This document shows positions 20,066 through 29,483 of a stretch of DNA of 64,000 bases, piece after piece. The position numbers and the translations under genes were made by a program. How positions within the stretch are numbered: position 1 is the stretch's first letter; the number at the start of each line of letters is the position of its first letter. The notes beneath the pieces are model-generated. The model ran no database searches. It had not been told where the DNA came from and worked only from the letters and a program-made list of their open reading frames with translations. Source of the stretch: Nitrospirota bacterium (GTDB lineage: Bacteria > Nitrospirota > Nitrospiria > Nitrospirales > NS-4); assembly GCA_963788195.1 (NCBI GenBank), contig CAWBGA010000005.1:160001-224000 (forward strand), in the 5' to 3' direction.

Positions 20066-20821
20066 CTAGAATTCATAGTCCAGGATGCTTTTAAAGACGA
20101 CATAGTCGCTTCGATCCGTCCACCCGAACTGCATGCCGAGATCCCAGCCAACTTTCCCAAGCTTGAACTTCACGGCCGGTCCCCAGGAATGCGGCTGCAG
20201 GTTCGTCGTCGGAAAGCTCCCGAGACGGCCGAAGTTGCCGAAGCCCTCGATACCCAGGCGCACCACAGTTTTCATAAACCAGTAAAACCCGGTTTCATAA
20301 CCGAACTCAACATGCGATCCCTCGTTCAAATGGTGTTCGAAGACCGGATTTAAACGAATCATAAAATCTCGCGTTCGTCGTTCCAACAGCAGCTTGAATT
20401 CGACTTCGTCCCGGTCTTCATACGACTCGCGAGGTACCACGTACTCGAAGTAGAGCCCCACCGCCGGCCAGTAACGTGATTGATTAACGAGTCTGTAGAT
20501 CGTCTCCAAGCGGTATTGCACGAAGTTAAATCGCTCGGCGCCCTCGCGCGTCGGTTGCTCGAAATCGGCATAGACCCCAGCATACCAACGGTCGGTAAGA
20601 CCGTAGGCAAGCTCGGCGGTGTGCCGCAGAAGATGTTGTCGTGGAAAATGTCCTGACTCCGGTAGTGGGGTATTTATAAAGGCATCGAACCAGTACGCCA
20701 CCTCCAGTTCGCCGCCTTCGAGTTCATACGGTGAGTAGACCTTTAGATGGCGAGCCTCGACAGTTCCGATCGTTGCCGTCAGAAGGTAAAGTAGCGCAAG
20801 AACAACACTAAATCGCGACAA
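20066..20821 (-). CDS. Putative outer-membrane beta-barrel protein
   Basis: Signal peptide, alternating aromatic strands, C-terminal LDYEF; start uncertain (TTG). Confidence 0.7.
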   Translation of the reverse strand: MSRFSVVLALLYLLTATIGTVEARHLKVYSPYELEGGELEVAYWFDAFINTPLPESGHFPRQHLLRHTAELAYGLTDRWYAGVYADFEQPTREGAERFNFVQYRLETIYRLVNQSRYWPAVGLYFEYVVPRESYEDRDEVEFKLLLERRTRDFMIRLNPVFEHHLNEGSHVEFGYETGFYWFMKTVVRLGIEGFGNFGRLGSFPTTNLQPHSWGPAVKFKLGKVGWDLGMQFGWTDRSDYVVFKSILDYEF

Positions 20822-20896
20822 CTTGGTACTCTAGGTACTCTGTAGCCAGCACGCCTCGTTGATTGCTTCCACCCGAGTATATCAAAATCTTTTTTG

Positions 20897-20952
20897 TTGA
20901 CAAGGATCCATGAAGCAAGTAAACTCATCATGAAGTTGATAACGGTTATCAA
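20897..20952 (+). promoter_or_regulatory. Sigma70 promoter and Fur-like box for bfd
   Basis: TTGACA-17-TAAACT, then palindrome TTGATAACGGTTATCAA (20936-20952). Confidence 0.8.
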
Positions 20953-21016
20953 TATCGTTATATCAGCTGGATCGATCTGCGGGCCTTGAGCCCCCACAGG
21001 CAAAGAGGGCGTTCAC

Positions 21017-21241
21017 ATGTACGTATGTCTTTGCAAAGGAATCACGGAATCGGATGTACGGCAGTGCGGCCGAAACGGCTGCGTAACGCCGCAGGCGCTG
21101 GCGTGTCGCTTAGGAATTAATTCAGAGGAGTGCTGCGGCCGGTGCCTGAGAAATCTTGAAGAAATTGCCGCCTTGGCATGCAATGAATACACGGACACCA
21201 CACGCGAGCCCCTGATTCATCCCTATCTCCATCTCCGCTAG
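21017..21241 (+). CDS. bfd: Bacterioferritin-associated [2Fe-2S] ferredoxin
   Basis: MYVCLCKGIT...CCGRC; adjacent to bfr. Confidence 0.92.
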   Translation: MYVCLCKGITESDVRQCGRNGCVTPQALACRLGINSEECCGRCLRNLEEIAALACNEYTDTTREPLIHPYLHLR

Positions 21242-21430
21242 GAACCATCCTCCGCTCTCCCAGTGTCACCAGGGTGTTGGGCTCCTGTCGCTTCGGCATA
21301 CGCCCCTGTTAAGGATTGACAACCCGGCCCGTTCTGTTTAGCTTGTGCATTCCAGTCGGTTGTTAGGTTTGCGGCAGAGAGCGCCCCGAGGCCCCGCCGG
21401 TCCACGATCATTCTTCAAGGGGGAACCAAC

Positions 21431-21907
21431 ATGAAAGCCAAAGAAGGAATCATTGATCTGCTAAACAAAATTTTAACGGCCGAACTGACCGTCATCAACC
21501 AATATTTCATTCATTCAAAAATGTGTGAAAATTGGGGTTATGAACGACTTGAACATAAGGTACGCGAGCGGAGCATGTCGGAAATGAAAGACGCCGAACA
21601 TCTTATCGAGCATATTCTCTATCTAGAAGGAGTTCCGAACATGCAGCGTTTGGGGACAGTCACGGTGGGAGAAAAGGTCCCGGAACAGTTCAACGCCGAT
21701 CTAAAGGCGGAGATGGATATGGTGAAAACGCTCACGGACGGGATCAACCACTGCGCGAAGGTCGGAGATTTCACGACCCGGCATATGCTGGAAGACATGG
21801 TCAAGGATGAAGACGCGCACATCGATTGGATTGAGACTCAGCTCGACACCATTAAACAGGTGGGCCTGGAGAATTACCTGTCGGAGCAGATCAAGAAAGA
21901 CTCATAG
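21431..21907 (+). CDS. bfr: Bacterioferritin
   Basis: E18, Y25, E51, heme-ligand M52, E94, E127, H130; own TTGACA-17-TAGCTT promoter at 21316-21344. Confidence 0.95.
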   Translation: MKAKEGIIDLLNKILTAELTVINQYFIHSKMCENWGYERLEHKVRERSMSEMKDAEHLIEHILYLEGVPNMQRLGTVTVGEKVPEQFNADLKAEMDMVKTLTDGINHCAKVGDFTTRHMLEDMVKDEDAHIDWIETQLDTIKQVGLENYLSEQIKKDS

Positions 21908-22113
21908 ATACCAGGCAAACGTGAATCGAGATATGCCGAGTGCTGGAGCGGGCATTCTTCTTGGCTATGCGCTCTGTGAGCGGCATGGACGTGCGCTCCT
22001 TACAGCCTAGCGCCGGCGAGCGTGACGTCCAATCGGCCTTTTGAAGATTGCACGTCACGATGAGTCCCCGAAGCGCGCGATTCCTGCTGAATCTTCCTCC
22101 CGGGATCGTTCTC

Positions 22114-22623
22114 TTAGAATCTGCCGACAGGTTTTTGTATTCCGTAGGCGGCTTGCCGCTTCGTAACTCCCTGAATTCCAGTATCCGGTTCGCAGCTGAC
22201 CATCTCCAGCAAGGCGCGAAATCCTGAATCAGTAAGGTCATGGACCAGGTGGTAGCGAAGCATGCCTTGCGGGTCTATCACAAAGCTGTGACACCGAGTG
22301 ACCGCGTGACGACCGATCAGCCCGTAACTACGAGCTAGACGCCTCAAGGGGTCGGAGACCAGGGTGAGGCCACAGGGCCACAAGCTCCTGTGCCAGGGAC
22401 CTGAGAGGATCAAGTCTTCGGATATCACTCCTACGAGTACGCTATCCTGCGCTTGAAACTCTGCGGCGCTTCGTTCAAGCATCAACCACTGCAGGTCTCC
22501 AAAGCGGGGCAGGAAGCATAAAGCCACGCAGCGAGCATGAAGGTCCGCAGTACTCAGATAGGTCAGGGTTCCGTCCATCAGTGCCGGAACGCGGATTACG
22601 GGAGCAGGCTGGTTCATCTTCAT
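22114..22623 (-). CDS. AhpC/TSA-fold redoxin-like protein lacking the peroxidatic motif
   Basis: LVSDPLRRLARSYG and SFVIDPQGMLRY present; no PxxxTxxC. Confidence 0.7.
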   Translation of the reverse strand: MKMNQPAPVIRVPALMDGTLTYLSTADLHARCVALCFLPRFGDLQWLMLERSAAEFQAQDSVLVGVISEDLILSGPWHRSLWPCGLTLVSDPLRRLARSYGLIGRHAVTRCHSFVIDPQGMLRYHLVHDLTDSGFRALLEMVSCEPDTGIQGVTKRQAAYGIQKPVGRF

Positions 22624-22664
22624 TTCGGTGCCTCCAAGGTCTGGTTGTCAGAACGAATGCCATT

Positions 22665-22775
22665 AAAAAAGCCCAAGGTGATCGATCACCTTGGGCTCTG
22701 GGGGGTTCCCTCTGGCCTAATCGTTATTGCGTCTGACTTTCATTATCAATATATAACTCAGGGATTCCCTTGTCA
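22665..22775 (-). promoter_or_regulatory. Promoter, Fur-like box and leader terminator (copy 1)
   Basis: TTGACA-17-TATATT, TGATAATGAAAGTCA, then GGCCAGAGGG..CCCCAGAGCCCAAGGTGAT-hairpin-U6. Confidence 0.75.
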
Positions 22776-22945
22776 AGAAAATCTTTATTGCTGTCCCTGG
22801 CGTCATCAACCGCCGTTTCAACGCTGCATCGCTGAATATATGGGCATATGTGCACGACATATGCACGCGGTGTCCAGCCGGAGGGAGGGGCGGCAGCCAT
22901 CAGGGGTGTGCAGTTGTGTTTGGGACAAGCTCTGAAAAAGACGAT

Positions 22946-23558
22946 TCAGTACCACCCCATTCTACCGTACGGGCCCCAGGGGCCCCACGGATATAGGGTA
23001 GACGGGTACCAATAGCGGCGCGGTCCCCAGGGACCGCCATAATATGGATACCAGGGATCATAAGCGTAGGTCGGCATGTTGGGCTGCCAGATCTTCATGG
23101 TGACGACGTTGATCGTCGGGTACGTATAGCTTGTCTCATCCAGGGGTAAGCGTCTTGCTGCCGGTCACTTGGCCCACCAAGGAGACCAACGTCCCGGCCG
23201 GGACGGCTGCAGGATCAAGCGCATCGGTCTGAAACGCCAGGAACCGGCCTTTGGATTGGGTCAACTCGGGTATCGGCCGATCATATTTGTCCAGCGGCAG
23301 CTCCAACAGTTCTATTTGCGTTTGTCCCTTGAGGAGCTTCGCGTTCAGGACCTTTCCCCCTAGCACAATGTCTTTGCCGGAGAACTTGGCAGGGTCTGCC
23401 TTGACGGCGGCAAAAGTTATCTCACGCGAAATCTCCGCCTCCAGGTCTTTGCTCACCAATTGTGAGGAGGCGCACGCAGCCAATACGACGGAAACTAGGC
23501 TAAGTCCAAAGAGCGATAGGAGGCGATTTCGGGTAATGTCGACGGTGAGGCCTGACAT
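22946..23558 (-). CDS. Slp family outer-membrane lipoprotein (frameshift ~23145)
   Basis: LAAC lipobox, VLGGKV, QIELLELPLD, SKGRFLA, LDPA; continues YTYPTI in another frame. Confidence 0.85.
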
Positions 23559-23817
23559 GGGTGACCTCCTTGAAGGTGGTTCACTTCATTATCGTCTACG
23601 AACCCTCTTTTTTCAAACAGCCACTGATAGCGGCCTTCCCGGAGACCATAAAAGGCGGATCTGTGCATCGAACAGCTCCTTGAGGTTCAAAAGCGTCGTG
23701 CTCCCAGCCTGTGTTGCGCCACATGCCGAATACCTAAAGATGCGGAGTGTGTTAATACGCCGTGCGCTCTCCAAGGAGCAATCAAACATTGCGCACTGTC
23801 AAGCATGGAGCAGCAGG

Positions 23818-24273
23818 CTATTTGAATACGATTTTTTTGAGTTGCGCGGCGGGTAGCTCCACCTCTCCGAAATCGGATTGCCCCTTAAAGCTGCCTGCGA
23901 TTGCAAGCGTAAATTCGCCGGTTTTGCCGTCGTTCAGGGTGATAGCAACATTGGGCAGTTCTCCATTGCCAGATGGCTTGATATCCAAGTGCTTGATGTT
24001 GTCGAATTTGATTTTGACCGTGGCAGTTCCGCGTTTTACAGGCACTTCCCGGAGTTCATGCGGCACGAAAGCCGTCTCGCTGATCTTCTCCTCCCAGTAG
24101 AAGATGACGTTCTTGAGGTCCGTTTCAACGCCTTTGGTATCGGTAGCAAACCCATGGAAAGTCTTCTCGGCCTTTTGCGCCCACACTGGGCTGCTCAGGA
24201 ACGTGATGACCGCAATCATAGCCAACGCACTTCGCACTGCCTTGATGTATCGCTCTGCCTTAGTCCGGTTCAT
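23818..24273 (-). CDS. Exported hypothetical protein
   Basis: SD AAGGAG; signal peptide ending VWA. Confidence 0.7.
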   Translation of the reverse strand: MNRTKAERYIKAVRSALAMIAVITFLSSPVWAQKAEKTFHGFATDTKGVETDLKNVIFYWEEKISETAFVPHELREVPVKRGTATVKIKFDNIKHLDIKPSGNGELPNVAITLNDGKTGEFTLAIAGSFKGQSDFGEVELPAAQLKKIVFK

Positions 24274-24355
24274 AGTCCCTCTCCTTGTGTGTCTTTCTGA
24301 ACAGACATGAGATAATGGTTGCTCGCCTTGCGTAATTGATCCGGTGATCGCAGTA

Positions 24356-25423
24356 CTATCTATCCAGCTTATAACTGATTGGAACGAGAATGGTGATGCG
24401 CGGCTGCCCGAGCGGATGCTTGAGCGCCAACGGCGACGCTTTCTTCACCGCCCGCAGCGCCTCCTGATCTAGGATCGCATAGCCTGAACTTTCAGCCACC
24501 TTGAGTTCGACGAGTGCTCCATTGTCTTGAATGACGGCTTCCAGCACGACCTTGCCTTCCCACTGGTTGGCCTTTGCCTGAGACGGATAGCGTTTTAGTT
24601 GTTCAATCCGGTTCCACAGGGCATCCCTGAGCCAGCCATAGTCAGTCTGAGCCTTTGAGTACGCACGTAACGGCCGCTCTTTTACTGGAAGATGCGTAAC
24701 GACGGTGGGTGCTGGAATCTGTTGAGGAGCTTGCACAGCCCTGGCTTCATGCCGGATCGGCACTGCTTCTTCACGTTCCATGACCGGATCAGTGTGGCGG
24801 GTTAATGCGGTCGGGGTGGCGGTCGGTTGCGCGACAGGTTGAGGTTCCAAGACTGCCTCTTTGCGGACAGCCTCCTGGTGCGTGACGCTTTTCTGAGCAG
24901 TGTCTGGCGTGATCACCTGGGCTACCCTAGCTTCATGCTCGACCGGCACTGCCTCTTCACGTTCCATGACCGTGTCGGTGTGCCGCGTTAATTCGGTCGG
25001 GGTGGCTCGCGCAACAATGGACGCGTTATACGTCGTCTCTTGTGTGACGACATCCAGGGATTCCTGGGGCGGCACTTCCGAGGCCTGCTGTACGACCGGT
25101 TGGGGTGGGGGCTGCTCTATCGGCTGCCGATCCATCGGTGGAATCGGGGTCATGACCTTGCGTGTTATCGGAGAAGGAGCGGGGACGGTCTCAACAATGG
25201 GTTGGGGTTCCGCCTTAACTGGTGTCGGAGGGGTCGGAGGAGCTGGAGGCTCTACGAGAGCGACCTCCCAACGGAATGGTTCCGATACTGGCGGCAGCTT
25301 GAGTTCCGCCGCCAGCGCAAGCGCAGCACCCACCCCCAGGATGTGGACCAGCGTGGAGAACATCCATCCGTGAGCATGATGACTCGGCCGGCTTTGGGCG
25401 AGAGTGTCTGATATGTACGCCAT
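24356..25423 (-). CDS. tonB: Energy transducer TonB
   Basis: TM with S..H motif, Pro-rich linker, YPSQAK..EGKV, SSGYAILD. Confidence 0.9.
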   Translation of the reverse strand: MAYISDTLAQSRPSHHAHGWMFSTLVHILGVGAALALAAELKLPPVSEPFRWEVALVEPPAPPTPPTPVKAEPQPIVETVPAPSPITRKVMTPIPPMDRQPIEQPPPQPVVQQASEVPPQESLDVVTQETTYNASIVARATPTELTRHTDTVMEREEAVPVEHEARVAQVITPDTAQKSVTHQEAVRKEAVLEPQPVAQPTATPTALTRHTDPVMEREEAVPIRHEARAVQAPQQIPAPTVVTHLPVKERPLRAYSKAQTDYGWLRDALWNRIEQLKRYPSQAKANQWEGKVVLEAVIQDNGALVELKVAESSGYAILDQEALRAVKKASPLALKHPLGQPRITILVPISYKLDR

Positions 25424-25797
25424 TATGCTTTGATAACCTCCAGACTGACTTGCCGAAAGCCCATCCCACGCACCTCATCCACCACGCCGACAAAGCGCTC
25501 GAGGACTGTGAGTCGGTCGGCCCGGACCACGACCAATGATTCTCTGGCATGCACATCGAGCATCGTCTTCAAGCCGTCAAGGAGGACCGGCTGATCGTTC
25601 AAGAACAGCTTTCCATCCGTGGTGAGTGTGATCACGAGCGGGACGTCCTTACGGTCACTTGCTTCTTTAGCTTTGGCCAATTCCACCGGGATCTGACCCG
25701 TCGAAATGAACGTGGCTGTCGTCAGCACGATTACCAGCAGTACCAACATGACATCGACGAGCGGAATCACGTTGATCTGATTGAGTTCACGCTCCAT
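25423..25797 (-). CDS. exbD: ExbD
   Basis: INVIPLVDVMLVLLVI. Confidence 0.95.
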   Translation of the reverse strand: MERELNQINVIPLVDVMLVLLVIVLTTATFISTGQIPVELAKAKEASDRKDVPLVITLTTDGKLFLNDQPVLLDGLKTMLDVHARESLVVVRADRLTVLERFVGVVDEVRGMGFRQVSLEVIKA

Positions 25798-26212
25798 GCT
25801 GCACCTTGTAGATCATCAGCAGTTCTACGACCCGCTGGCGCAATACGTTATTCAAGATGACGCACGGGATGGCGACCAGCAGGCCGACCGCCGTGGCTTT
25901 CAAAGCCAGGCTCAGGCCGATCATGATGGTGCCGACGGCCATCGTGCCGGAACTTCCCATCGTATGAAAGGTAAGCATGATGCCTAACACGGTCCCGAGC
26001 AGACCGATATACGGTGCATTCGCCGCGACCGTGCCGATGATCACCAGGCGTTTCGTCAACGCGAGTTCCAGAGTCTGTGGACTGGTAAATTTCTTGGGAT
26101 CCACTCGGCGGAAGAACAACCATCGTTCGATCGCCACTGCGAGCGACCAAAGACTGAGCATTAACAACAGCCCGATGACTCCGAAGTCCACGATGTTTTT
26201 AAGTGCTTCCAT
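25787..26212 (-). CDS. exbB: ExbB (short type)
   Basis: APYIGLLGTVLGI, ALKATAVGLLVAIP. Confidence 0.95.
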   Translation of the reverse strand: MEALKNIVDFGVIGLLLMLSLWSLAVAIERWLFFRRVDPKKFTSPQTLELALTKRLVIIGTVAANAPYIGLLGTVLGIMLTFHTMGSSGTMAVGTIMIGLSLALKATAVGLLVAIPCVILNNVLRQRVVELLMIYKVQHGA

Positions 26213-26367
26213 GTCTTCTTACCATCCCGTTCATGTGTTTGAACCAGCCTTGAGGTCGTTTTGCCTACTCGAGAAGGACTCAGGGATAGTCCCCTTCCCA
26301 CAGCGCTCGCTCTACTTAAGACGAATAAGACCGGCCGAACCTGACCTGGCCGATTCTCTTAATTTGC

Positions 26368-26724
26368 TCACATTCGCCACCACTGCCCGACAGCGATAAT
26401 AGCCGCAAACACCGTCAACGCCGCGAAAATACTGATCTTGCCCCATTGGTACCGACTTTTCCGGCTTGACCCGTGCGGTGCTTTGGATCGCCAATAAGTC
26501 TGGGCCTCGGCCAGTGCTGGGAAGGAATACCGTTTTAACTCATCCAGGTCATTCCAAAGCGTGCTGGCTCGCTCATATTCCCGTCGGTGGGCCTCGAGCT
26601 CGATCCATGTCCGAAATGACTGGCGGTCCTCTTCAGTTGCGTCTCCCGCGTGGAACCGAACAATCCAGCGGAGCGCTTCATTAGACTTCGCTGCTTGGCC
26701 TGAGATATGTCGGGGGCCCGGCAT
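26368..26724 (-). CDS. FecR-type anti-sigma, N-terminal (DUF4880) and TM parts only
   Basis: EALRWIVRF..F..W...AHRREY..LW pattern, then a TM and a stop. Confidence 0.75.
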   Translation of the reverse strand: MPGPRHISGQAAKSNEALRWIVRFHAGDATEEDRQSFRTWIELEAHRREYERASTLWNDLDELKRYSFPALAEAQTYWRSKAPHGSSRKSRYQWGKISIFAALTVFAAIIAVGQWWRM

Positions 26725-27328
26725 AGGCTAGGGTGTAATCAACCGATTCTTTCTTGACTCTATGACGAATCACCGGCGAGCTTCCTGACCCAAGGGAAGC
26801 TCGTTTGTGTCCAATCATCCTACTCGGGGTTCCTTCGACCCGTTTTCGGCAATAAGCCAATGCTTTAATAATATGTTTCTCGACCATGTTCTTGGAAATG
26901 CCCAGTCGTTCCGCGATCTCGGCGTGCGGGAGATGCATGAACTTGTGCAGGAGGAACACATGCCGGCATTTGGGCGGCAGTTCGTTGATGGCCTGGCGCA
27001 GAAGGTCCAGCCGCTCCTTTGATTCGACGACGGCCTCTTGATCCGGAGCGTCGGACTGCAGTTCTTCGACCGACTCGATCGCGGCGCTCCAATCATTTCT
27101 GAGGCGCTGGCGACGAAACTCATCGACCGTCAAATTGAGGGCGGTTTTGTACAAGAACGCTCGCGGTTGGACGATAGCTTGGGGATGGTTCATGCCCAAG
27201 ATGCGTACATAGGTGTCCTGCACCATATCAGCGGCCCGCTCCCGACAACCCAACTTTGCGGTGAGGAATCCCAATAGCTCGTCGTAATAGGGGCGGAAGA
27301 GAGAGAATACGGCGTGTTGTTCAGACAT
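26681..27328 (-). CDS. FecI-type ECF sigma factor
   Basis: AADMVQDTYVR, PRAFLYKTALNL, LPPKCRHVFLL, EIAERLGISKNMVEKHI. Confidence 0.9.
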   Translation of the reverse strand: MSEQHAVFSLFRPYYDELLGFLTAKLGCRERAADMVQDTYVRILGMNHPQAIVQPRAFLYKTALNLTVDEFRRQRLRNDWSAAIESVEELQSDAPDQEAVVESKERLDLLRQAINELPPKCRHVFLLHKFMHLPHAEIAERLGISKNMVEKHIIKALAYCRKRVEGTPSRMIGHKRASLGSGSSPVIRHRVKKESVDYTLAYAGPPTYLRPSSEV

Positions 27329-27333
27329 ACAGG

Positions 27334-27513
27334 CTACCTGTGCCTCAGCTCGAATGACAGTGCGATTTGCGTTATGGCAAAGCCGCAGGCTGCACAGGAC
27401 CAGAAGCCTCCCGTATGAACGAGGCTTGGCCGGCGGCAATGCGGGCAATTCTCGCCTCGCAAGCCGACTGGGCATTGTTGAGCGTTTGTGCCCGGTGGCT
27501 TGAACAATGTCAT
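27334..27513 (-). CDS. Small C4 zinc-ribbon protein
   Basis: CPHC..HTGGFWSCAACGF; ATGA overlap with the upstream gene. Confidence 0.6.
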   Translation of the reverse strand: MTLFKPPGTNAQQCPVGLRGENCPHCRRPSLVHTGGFWSCAACGFAITQIALSFELRHR

Positions 27514-27692
27514 ATGTTCGGGTCGGACTCCATGTTCGGGTTCCCGTCCAATCTGAGGCCGCGAACGGGCAGCAGTTGATTGCGTTTGCATCGGCGACAC
27601 TTTACCTCGAGGCCTTCCTTGGTCAGCTTGGCAAGCAGATTTCCGCATTCGCATCGAATTGCGTCATTTTGCCGTTGTGAATTCGGTTTCAT
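27510..27692 (-). CDS. Mu Com-like zinc-ribbon microprotein 1
   Basis: IRCECGNLLAK...LEVKCRRCKR matches the Com-family pattern RC..C..LLA...EIKCxRC. Confidence 0.7.
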   Translation of the reverse strand: MKPNSQRQNDAIRCECGNLLAKLTKEGLEVKCRRCKRNQLLPVRGLRLDGNPNMESDPNI

Positions 27693-27709
27693 TTCACGGT
27701 CCGAATTGC

Positions 27710-28153
27710 CTACCAACCGGCGCCTGATTGATTCTTCGAGAGAAGCGGTCTTCGATTCCCACAAATGAATCCATGTTCGTCAGGAGGAGCGGCGGACGGG
27801 AGGCCAGGAGGGTGAACGCTTCCCGTTCGCCTGGGAGGAGGGGAATCCTCCCTGCTCTGATTCAACACGAGTGTTAAGATTCCGACACCGGTGTCCAAGA
27901 CTAAGGGCCGGTTCTGTTCCGTGACCCGCCGCAAAACTTCGTCTCGTAACATCAACAGCGCGGGCGAGCTTCGCAGGTCGAATGAGAGGCGCCTGCCGTA
28001 AGACGCGATAGATGCCCGCCAGAAAAGGAGGGTGGTCCAGTCGTCTGGGTCGGCGTCATCCAGGAGCAATGAAAGAATGGTCCGGAGAAGCTCTTCCTCG
28101 TGATCCTTGAGCAGCTCTCCGGAGATCCGTGAAAACCTATGTTGTTGCAACAT
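27710..28153 (-). CDS. Hypothetical protein, first gene behind leader copy 2
   Basis: SD AAGGAG before ATG; 3' end uncertain. Confidence 0.6.
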   Translation of the reverse strand: MLQQHRFSRISGELLKDHEEELLRTILSLLLDDADPDDWTTLLFWRASIASYGRRLSFDLRSSPALLMLRDEVLRRVTEQNRPLVLDTGVGILTLVLNQSREDSPPPRRTGSVHPPGLPSAAPPDEHGFICGNRRPLLSKNQSGAGW

Positions 28154-28176
28154 TGCTCACTCCTTTGCGGTCGCCC

Positions 28177-28299
28177 AAAAATAAAGCCCAAGGCAACCGA
28201 CGATCGCCTTGGGCTCTGGGGTATACCCCTCTGGCCTTAAAATAAATTTGAGTTCTATTCTCAAAATCAATTGTAGATAATTTGAAACCCTCCCGTCAA
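28177..28299 (-). promoter_or_regulatory. Promoter, Fur-like box and leader terminator (copy 2)
   Basis: TTGACG-18-TACAAT, TGAGAATAGAACTCA, then GGCCAGAGGGGTATACCCCAGAGCCCAAGGCGAT-hairpin-U-rich tail. Confidence 0.75.
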
Positions 28300-28322
28300 G
28301 GGAATTTTCAGCAAATTAAAAA

Positions 28323-28838
28323 TTAATCTTCTGTTTTGCTCTCGGCCAGGAGCCGCTTTTTGAGAACCCACATCTCGTAGAGTGGAACTCCGGCCAGTAC
28401 AAGGAAAGTTCCGACCATCAAGATGTCGCCGAGAAGCATCGCCGCGGCGAAGTGCGGGCTGATATACAGGATCAGCCAGGGTGAGGCGAGATCCAACGCC
28501 ACCCCGAGAAATGCCAGCCAGGTGAAGGTTGTCTTCAATGTTTGCGAGGCCATCGTCAGATAAAACACATGACAGAGAATGAGGAAGACCACCGGCATGG
28601 TAAAAAAATGAAAGTGCGTCGTCTCGGCCAGTTCGCGAAAAGACTTGGGCTCGCCGAAGGTCTGGTCGGAGCCGAGATAGTGCTGCGCGATGCCGCTGTA
28701 GGACAGTCCTGTCACACTGTGAGCCCAATAGATGGTGAAGAGGAAACCAGCGAATAAGGTTGCGATGAAGAGCGTATAGAGCAGCCGGATGTTCCGGTCA
28801 GTGTCGAGAAGCCGGAAGCGGGTATTGAAGTTTCGCAC
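28323..28838 (-). CDS. Membrane protein with His in TM regions (possible heme/metal ligands)
   Basis: Four hydrophobic helices; ETTHFHFF, LCHVF. Confidence 0.65.
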   Translation of the reverse strand: MRNFNTRFRLLDTDRNIRLLYTLFIATLFAGFLFTIYWAHSVTGLSYSGIAQHYLGSDQTFGEPKSFRELAETTHFHFFTMPVVFLILCHVFYLTMASQTLKTTFTWLAFLGVALDLASPWLILYISPHFAAAMLLGDILMVGTFLVLAGVPLYEMWVLKKRLLAESKTED

Positions 28839-29465
28839 TGGTGATCAGCTGAGGCGTGTGGTTCAGGTAGAACTCTTCGGCGAGCACGAGCGCGCGCTTG
28901 ACCCCGGCGCTGACTGAACGGACCGACATCGTGGCACCTGTGACGTTAATGATGTCTTTGTTAATGCGGATCGGGTCCAGCGATGTCTTGCCTTCGTACT
29001 GCGCGTTAAACCGCTTGCGACGTACCTCGCTGCCCTTGCTCTCGCGGTAGACGAGAATTTCAACCGTGAATACCTTCCCTTCCGGGGTGATCCCGACCAT
29101 GTACGTGATCGGTCGGTGTTTGCCGATCGTCTCCTGGATGACGCATATCCGTCAATTTTGCCGTTGCTCTCGGCCTTGAAAGCTCTGAAACTCTCCTCTG
29201 GGAACTTCCAGCCGATCCGGTCCTCGATGCGAGCTTTCTGTTGGGGGGTGAGCCGCAACTCTTCTGAGTGGATCTTGTGCGCCTTGGGAAACAAGGTCTT
29301 CAGCGCTTGCTCCTCACTGAGGTAGACCTCGATGCTTCCGACCTCTTCCTCGCTCAGCCACCGCTTCAGGTCCGGGTCCCATGTGCGCTTGCCGGGCTCA
29401 GACGCCGAGACCGTGACGCCTAGCATGAGACACAGCATAAAGGCCCGGGCCACGCAAGTCAGCAT
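28798..29465 (-). CDS. Exported FMN-binding domain protein (frameshift ~29140)
   Basis: Signal peptide; ILVYRESKGSEV; flavinylation-type motif VTGATMS. Confidence 0.8.
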
Positions 29466-29483
29466 CCTTTTTCCCTGAGCCGG

